DNA of 55,742 bases, counting the filler, from Sphacelaria rigidula (taxonomy: Eukaryota), in NCBI GenBank assembly GCA_964200075.2. It is 6 parts of 6 records of this genome, joined end to end, with 100 filler letters (N's around TTAATTAATTAA, not from the genome) between each part and the next. Parts side by side here need not be neighbours in the genome. Positions count along the whole stretch, not along the records: positions 46,538 to 55,742 come from CAXNAA020009046.1; 5 more parts are not named here. One strand, 5' to 3'. The notes under the pieces are model-generated. The model saw only the letters and a program-made list of their open reading frames with translations, searched no databases and was not told the DNA's origin. A program made the position numbers and the translations under genes. Positions 49,245 through 55,742 of the stretch are shown here, piece by piece; positions within the stretch are counted from its first letter, which is position 1; each line of letters starts with the position of its first letter.

Positions 49245-50580
49245 CTGATTAACATAACAGTGACGAGCACACGAAATCAGAAACGCAAGTGGGGAAGGGT
49301 GGGAAGGGATACCGATGTTTTGATTCCCTGTAGCCTAGATCTCAACTCCGTCTACATTCGCGAGGCATGTAGGATCTAGGATCAAGGAGGAATCTTGTGC
49401 GTACAACAGCCCTTATGCCACAAGGTGGGGAAGGGGAGTGCAGGCTGTATATCTGGACACCCACTCATCACATCCCCAAGAAGATGAATTCGCGGGTGAA
49501 ATCACGTATAAGGAAGAGTGGTGACTAATATGTTATATCCAGCATCGCGGTCTCCAAGTGCCCAAGAGGAAAAGAGATCAAAATGGCATTGGATATCAAA
49601 GAACGTGCCATGGAGGGGTGGCGTTCTTCTTTTTCGCCACATTTTCAATCCCGTCGAGTCTGTGGTTTCAGGGCATCGGCCCATTTCTCCGCAGGTATAT
49701 ATAGTGAGTAAATGCTGCTTCACAGTAAGTACATCTTGAGTACGCATCGGGGATCAGTACAAATTGTAGGTAACAAATTTCATACACTGGGTAATGACAA
49801 TATGTGATCAATAGTTGCAAAAGACACAGAATGTACTGCGTAAAGTATAGGCTTATTACAACTATTGTCGGCCGACAATAGTTGCATCAAGCCTGTACGT
49901 GTGATGCAGTACATTTTTGTCCATTGCAACTGATTGATTTGATTTGATTGATTGTCGTACTTCAACTGACCTCCCAGGGGTCATAATCCAGCCGTGGTCA
50001 CGTGATAGACGTACCCAAGACAAAAAAAACTGAAACACTGGCTGAAAAAAAAGAAGGAATAGCACCAAAAAAAGAGTTGAACTGAACGACATAGTAATTG
50101 TGATACATTCTATGGTGACCTGACCGTTAAGGGGTTCCTCAATCGAAGCACTTCATCCGCAACCCCTCGTGACTAGTAGTACCACACGCCGATAGGTGCC
50201 GAGATAGTCACGTTCGATGTCTGGAAGCATGTGCCTTCTCAGCACGTGCTTTGGCATGGTGGTTACCACTGTATGCACAGAAGAGTTGAACGTTGTATAT
50301 TCCACCTTCTAGACCCCCCCTTCCCCCCCCTTGTTCACTTTGTAGGCAGCTCACCTCTCTGTATAACCAATCCAAGACTTTAAGACGGCCCTGAAAAGAT
50401 AACCTAAAATGCGTCCATTCCAACATCACCCTTTTCGGCTCGATATGGAGTAGTAGTGGGACTGACGGTACCACTCAAACACCCTGACGCTAGCCTACAC
50501 TATCGATTCTCTCCAGAATACATGTTTGTACCACTGCAAAAAAAGAAGATCGTATGAAGTCCGCATCAGTTTTTGCGTAC

Positions 50581-50746
50581 CTCTTTGTGTCCAACCCAAG
50601 CGTGTGAAGCTGCCTCATTGATGCAGCCGATGCACAAGCCTCGCATGCTTTCGTTGGCCAGCTTCTGGCGGAATGCTCTCCTGCCCTGGAGACCCCCCCA
50701 TGCCGCCTGCACCTTCCTGGCAGCGGCGACCTCATCAAATGTGTAC
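50581..50746 (-). CDS. Exon with IQ calmodulin-binding-like motif
   Basis: CAG acceptor and GTACGC donor (phase 0). YTFDEVAAARKVQAAWGGLQGRRAFRQKLA matches IQxxxRGxxxR except for G at the first R position. Confidence 0.75.
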
Positions 50747-51022
50747 CTGTTTGTTGCGTGAGTCGGTGCGGGTGCATAACAATACACACTTTTAGAAGTA
50801 TAACGTGTCAAGCACTCCGATTTCAGTCGGGTGCAAACGTCCTGAGCCATTGTGCCCCTAAATGACGCTTTCCTGTCACAGCCTGACAGTGTTGCAAGTT
50901 CAGCTTATTCTCGGACGCTGTTTTGCAGGACATTTTTATTAAGGTGGGATCATTCATTTCCGACGGGCGACGAGACTGTGATCATAGAAGTGGAAATGCA
51001 CTCGCAACGCATCGCCATTTGA

Positions 51023-51896
51023 CAATGGATTCTCGAAAACGGGGTTTTTAACGATTTATAGGCAACCGATTAGACTGCCGTACAGTCAGCGCTGACTGTA
51101 CGGTAGTCGAATCGGTTGCCTATAAACCGTCATAAAAGTTAGTCGTGGGGGTCCAATCCCCGTCGCTCTCACTCCGAGGAGGGCGACTCCACTTGCCAGC
51201 GCTGTTCAACTGTTCGCGCTCACGGTATCGGTCTAATGTTGCCACACGTATCCATTCGGAGTTACTCGTCTCCCCCACTCCTTTCCAGAGTGTGTGCACT
51301 GGGGTCCCTAGCAGTTAACTCGGGGATTGGACTCTCCCCCATCACCCTCTTTTTTACCGGAGGTAAGGTTTTCCTCTTTTTCTTCAAAGGAAGTGCGTCC
51401 GATGAGAATCGAGCCAGCGACTAACCATTGTGACGATCTATAAGCAACCGATTAGACTACCGTACAGTCAGCGCTGACTGTACGGTAGTCCAATCGGTTG
51501 CCTATAAATCGTCACACGAAAAAAAAATGAGGCTCAACTATAGAGCCGTGCTTCCCCTGACCTGATTTCATAACAAATAACTTTCATATGGACGACCCCA
51601 TCCCTCCCGACCTGCCTAAAACTATTTCGGGGAATTTCGAGCCTTCCGTTCCCCCCAAAGGGTATGTGCAAAAGCACGATTTGGGGTCCTTCTTTCACCC
51701 CGAAGTCGAGGCAAAAGTGTGCTTTCGCACATACCCTTTGGGGGAACGGAAGGCTAGAAACCCCCGAAATAGTCTGGAGGAGGTCGGGCGGGGTCGTCCG
51801 TATGAAAGCCGTTTGTCATGAATTCAGGCCAGGGAAAGCACGGCTTTTGTGTTTAACCTCATTCTGTTTTCCAACCCCATTTCCGAGAATCCACTG
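51023..51896. mobile_element. Foldback MITE with CA(G/A)TGG termini (Tc1/mariner-like) hosting the 470-bp element
   Basis: 51023-51046 plus 51517 to about 51680 is the reverse complement of about 51715-51896. The right flank is TA and the left flank is GA. Confidence 0.75.
51047..51516. mobile_element. 470-bp element with 88-bp palindromic direct terminal repeats and no TSD
   Basis: Repeats at 51047-51134 and 51429-51516, each self-complementary about AGC|GCT. The empty site is visible in the opposite arm of the host foldback. Confidence 0.75.
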
Positions 51897-52349
51897 TATT
51901 TGAAGAAACCCAATCGCAATCCTTTGAATCCCATTAGAAACATTGGAGTTGACCGCAACATTAAGGTGCCTGTAGTTCAGTTGTAACAAAGCGACAGCCG
52001 AATTAATTGCCACGGCATGCTTACAGCACTACACACCCGGCCAAACGCAGCACCCCTAGAGATACCGTACACCACGAATAAATGTTGTATGGACGGGCTG
52101 TCGTCAGCTGGTGAAGTAATATTTGTTCTGTTCGCAAACGCTTGAATATCAAAAACGACGGGAAAGTAGTTGTACTCCCATCATCTTCATTTGGGGATAT
52201 CATGATACGTAGTTTCTGTTTATAGCCGTACATGACACGGCACTGCATGACGAAATTGCCCTCAACCATCGACATCGTCACCATTGCATAACTGGGGGGA
52301 TAGCTGTCCGCAAACGGCACCCTCGAAAGCAGAAAGTACCAGATAGCTT

Positions 52350-52797
52350 TGGCATAAACAGCAGATGATCGAAATTGAGAACGGAGCTTTTCATTGAGGA
52401 TGAGAACCCGGAGGATCAAAATCTTCGTATCGACACCAAATCTTCGAAATAGGGTTCCATTCCTTCACCTGCTGGTGGCTATCGACAAGTACTACACGTC
52501 ATACATATTTGGATTTCAATAACCGAAATGTTGGGGTCCTGGGTGAAAAAAAAAATTGGGGAATTTCGGCGACCCAATCGGATCACTTAAATCCCCCAAA
52601 ATTGTTTATTTATCTAGGACCCCAACATTTCGGTTATCGAGATCCAAGTTTGCAGGGCGTGTAGCAGTTGTCAATAGTACATGAAGAAATGGAACCATGT
52701 CTCGGAGATTTAGTGTGGATACGAAGATTTTAACCCTTCGGGTTATCATCCTCAGTGAAAAGATCCATCCTCAGTTTCGATGATCGATTGTTCATAG
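52350..52797. mobile_element. Foldback element, near-palindromic over about 450 bp
   Basis: Arms share, for example, ATAACCGAAATGTTGGGGTCCT / AGGACCCCAACATTTCGGTTAT and AAAATCTTCGTATC / GATACGAAGATTTT. Confidence 0.75.
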
Positions 52798-53264
52798 TCG
52801 ATGTCACGATGGGGCACAATGCTGTGAAACGTGGCAACCAGGATAACTTTTCGGTTCTCATTCATGTACAGCCCCGTACTGCACCGGGCTGACGATACTA
52901 TACTCTACAGTGGTAAAGACGGTGTTGCAGAAAATAAAACGGTGGTCAATCCGCTCTGCATTGAGTGTCTGATCCTGGCTAACCTTTTTTCACTGCTGCT
53001 ACGCTGGCATCAACTACTGATCTGACACTGTAGCCTTTGGGTTGACACAGCACTAGCTGATGCAAGGGGATAATTGTGAGTACTGCATATCGATGAAGAG
53101 GAAACTAGACGCCGCACCCGGTTCTTACGGTACAACTGTCACCCATTAGGTTAAAAGCACGTTGGTTCGATTCCTGCTAGATACCTCTCGTTTGGCTTTC
53201 TTCTCTGCAGTCGATGATTGCCGCCGTTGGAACCATGAAGACGTACGTACGGCGGTTTACATTT

Positions 53265-54140
53265 GATTTGGGCGATTTTCCTAGTACTTTTTCGTTGCCG
53301 AGGATACTCGAAAATGTTTTTGCATGCCACTGATCATCCAAGTGAGCATTTGATCCCAAAGTTTGGGGATCGGGAGATGTTAGGCATCCCTCCCCATTCC
53401 GAAATAAGGTCACATCTGCGCTCATTATCGAACGACTTACAGGATGACCGGTTTTCGGGGGTTCTCAGACTGCCCAACCTCAGGTTCTGACCCTTGAGTA
53501 TTTTTGTTCGATTGAAGCAATCCCATTCGTTTTCGCGGAAGAATGAGAATTATTGTTTTTTTATTTACTACTTATTTTTTGCGCTATGGCGAAAAGATTG
53601 TGTTTTTTGCACCAGTGACGGTCGATCGCACTTCTTGATGAACAAAGTACTTACTCCGCATCACCCGGACAACACCAAATGGGGATTGAGTTCTGAAGTG
53701 CTTCTCTTCCCAATACCTATCGACGCTAGGACTTTCAAGTGCCAAGAACGGGTACTACACGGGAAAACTCAAAGAAGTACCCAAAAACGAAAATTGCCCA
53801 ACCGAGCTTTGTATCGCACAGGCGGGGGTGAACCAATGCCGATCACTTTCCTGAATGATTTTACGGATCCATATATTTTCGTCTCGACCTATTCATTGCG
53901 CTAGAGCCGACAAAAAACCGTGTTTTAGACCAAAGACTGCCAATAAACCCCCCGTCAATTCACCTCGGAAGTCGTTCGATATTGAGCGCAGAGACGAATT
54001 TTGTTCCGGAATGTGGAGCGGGTGCCTACTATCTCTTGCCCCCCAAATGTTGGAATCAACCGTCCGCTTGGATGAGCGGTGGCACGCGAAAAAAACATGT
54101 AAAATCGTCGACTACGAAAAAATTGCAAAAATTCCCTATT
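53265..54140. mobile_element. Old foldback element with diverged inverted arms of about 200 bp
   Basis: TCTGCGCTCATTATCGAACGACTT (about 53415) versus AAGTCGTTCGATATTGAGCGCAGA (about 53969), with colinear flanking similarity. Confidence 0.6.
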
Positions 54141-54522
54141 TCAGATGAAAACTGCGTAGGGAAAATGAGCTCGTTTGGCTTAGTTTGCACGACAATCAAC
54201 GCGGTACGGGGGCGCTGATCCAGCCCGCGATACCTAGATGTAAGGCGTGTACCGGGGGAGAGAGAATACTTGATGTCCTGAGAACACCAACGTTTCTCGT
54301 CGAAGGGGAATGGGTAGAACTGAGAAGGAAAAACAGATGGACCAAATGGTTGGTACACCCAGATTGCCAATAAATTTTTATTCACTTGGTAAATCTGCGT
54401 GTTTGGTCTTACACGGTACCTGAAAAGCACTTAAAATTTCATCTCTTTGATATTTCATACCGAGGATAATTTTTGGAAACACTAGCAATGGCGCTTACAG
54501 CTATTTTGGCTCGATCACGTAC

Positions 54523-54700
54523 CTCGGGCGGCATCTCGTGACGGCACCGGTAATGCTGGATCTCCACAGGACTGTCCCAGAAGACATTCGGACTTCAATA
54601 TATCCGAAGCGGGTGACCTGGCGCGTGTAGTCAATTCTGAGTTCTATTTTCGCGCGTGGGCGCGTTTCCTCTTCCATCCTTACCGCGGCTTCGATCATGG
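54523..54700 (-). CDS. Exon of a WW-like/IQ/SAM-like motif protein (WW-like segment)
   Basis: CAG acceptor and GTACGT donor (phase 2). Peptide ...FGYIEVRMSSGTVLWRSSITGAVTRCRP resembles a degenerate WW domain. Joins the 50746 exon in phase (R-Y-T-F). Confidence 0.65.
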
Positions 54701-55191
54701 CTGTCGAGGTTCACGGGATTTTGTACCGGGTGATTTTTTTGGTATAATGCCGTTTCGTTCGCATTTGTTTTGGTTATTGTCTAGACCCAGACACACGGGA
54801 TAAACACGGCAGAGCACATGCGATGCTTCTCAAAACTATGCGAACAACAAGTACAAAGATAGACGTACAATGACGTTTTCCGCACTTGCAAGGCTTATCT
54901 ACTCCGGGAAAACACGAATTGTACTCAGCATCACCGATTAGCGACCTCCGGTAGAATCCACGGTACCCACCGCCACGGCAAGATCGCGCACGATACACCG
55001 CACGCCATCCAGCAGCGCTAACTCAAGAGGGACACTATGATTTGCGACGACAGTCGTAGGTTTACAAATTGCACCCCAAGCCAAACTCCGTGCTCCAATT
55101 AGGCGGGGATTGCAGACCACCGTACGGCGAAGCAGTGACGCTACCCTTTTTTCAACATCTCGCCCGCATAAGACACAGCGCCTACTCAAAC

Positions 55192-55560
55192 TCAGCGGGT
55201 TCTTCCCCTGCCCCCTTCCCAAAACGACGTGGTCCTCAGATATCTCAGCCGCCTGGTCCTCAGGCATCTGAGTCGCAACCTGCTCCCGCGGCCCTGTTTC
55301 GTTTCGCTTTGCTTTTGTACGATTTGATTGCCCGAACCCATGCAGCAAAGACCAGCCAAGCTGCTCTGTTTTGTTTTTCGGGACCGGTGCTACATGCTAC
55401 CCTGGCGGTTTTTCGTTTCCGTTTGCAGAATATATAGTATTTGCTTCCTCTTCCTTCTGCATATTTTCCTGTTCGTCGAGATTTCCCTCGGACACGTTTC
55501 CCCGATTATGCGCCTTGGGTACTTCTACCTCGTGACCATGGTGAATTAGCAGCGGATTGT
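55192..55560 (-). pseudogene. Probable upstream exon of the WW/IQ/SAM-like gene, with an in-frame TAG
   Basis: CAG acceptor at 55563-55561. ORFs 55397..55585 and 54938..55348 share a frame and are separated by a single TAG (55397-55399): ...NEKPPG*HVAPVPKNKTEQLGWSLLHG... Several phase-1 GT donors are possible, so the 3' boundary is uncertain. Confidence 0.45.
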
Positions 55561-55617
55561 CTGTTGTTGGGCTACAACCACACAATCAAACGACCGAAGA
55601 GTCAAGCAATTCAACAA

Positions 55618-55742
55618 ATTTATCTATAGTTTCGGTAATAGTTTTAAGCCCACAGAATTGACGAGACTAACGTTCTAGGCCAATGAGCTGTTACGCTATC
55701 TTTAAAGAATGGCTGCTTCCAAGCCTACCTTCTGGCTGTTTC
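55618..55742 (-). rRNA. rnl: Fragment of large-subunit (23S-like) rRNA, GTPase-associated centre; probable NUMT, cut by the scaffold end
   Basis: Minus strand reads ACAGCCAGAAGGTAGGCTTGGAAGCAGCCATTCTTTAAAGATAGCGTAACAGCTCATTGG...GGGCTTAAAACTATTACCGAAACT. This matches the conserved helix 42-44 region (GGCTTAGAAGCAGCCATC..TTAAAGAAAGCGTAATAGCTCACTGG in bacteria). The AT-rich, divergent form suggests mitochondrial origin. Confidence 0.85.

Noticed and set aside
10141-55560. Stop-codon reassignment, selenocysteine, or a RIP/methylation signature explaining the many in-frame stops
   Set aside because: All three stop types occur, together with frameshifts and insertions, and cytochrome c ends at a normal TAG. 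Any stop can formally derive from C-to-T, so a mutation bias cannot be inferred without intact homologues.
1-55742. Degenerating sex-determining or other non-recombining region (several pseudogenes, high TE load)
   Set aside because: The six scaffolds are unlinked, and unplaced small scaffolds are expected to be rich in repeats and pseudogenes anyway.

Overview
Eukaryotic nuclear DNA, repeat-rich and gene-poor. GT-AG spliced genes, the cytochrome c sequence and the repeat content suggest a stramenopile, probably a brown alga (inference). The window is not one locus: it is six scaffolds of 9209, 9209, 9208, 9206, 9205 and 9205 bp, sorted by size and joined by 100-bp N-TTAATTAATTAA-N linkers. 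Genes: one intact two-exon cytochrome c gene with a 5.7-kb intron; a partial multi-exon gene with WW-like, IQ and SAM-like motifs; and two spliced, stop-interrupted pseudogenes of unknown family. Mobile and repeat DNA: remnants of Ty3/Gypsy, Ty1/Copia and LINE elements, two tRNA-derived SINE families, many MITE and foldback elements (piggyBac-like, Tc1/mariner-like, Sola-like), an 85-bp AGCT-rich satellite, and a probable mitochondrial LSU rRNA fragment (NUMT). The most unusual object is a 470-bp insertion at 51047-51516. It is bounded by two direct copies of an 88-bp self-complementary TG...CA repeat and inserted with no target-site duplication. All exon models and alignments were made by eye and need computational confirmation.
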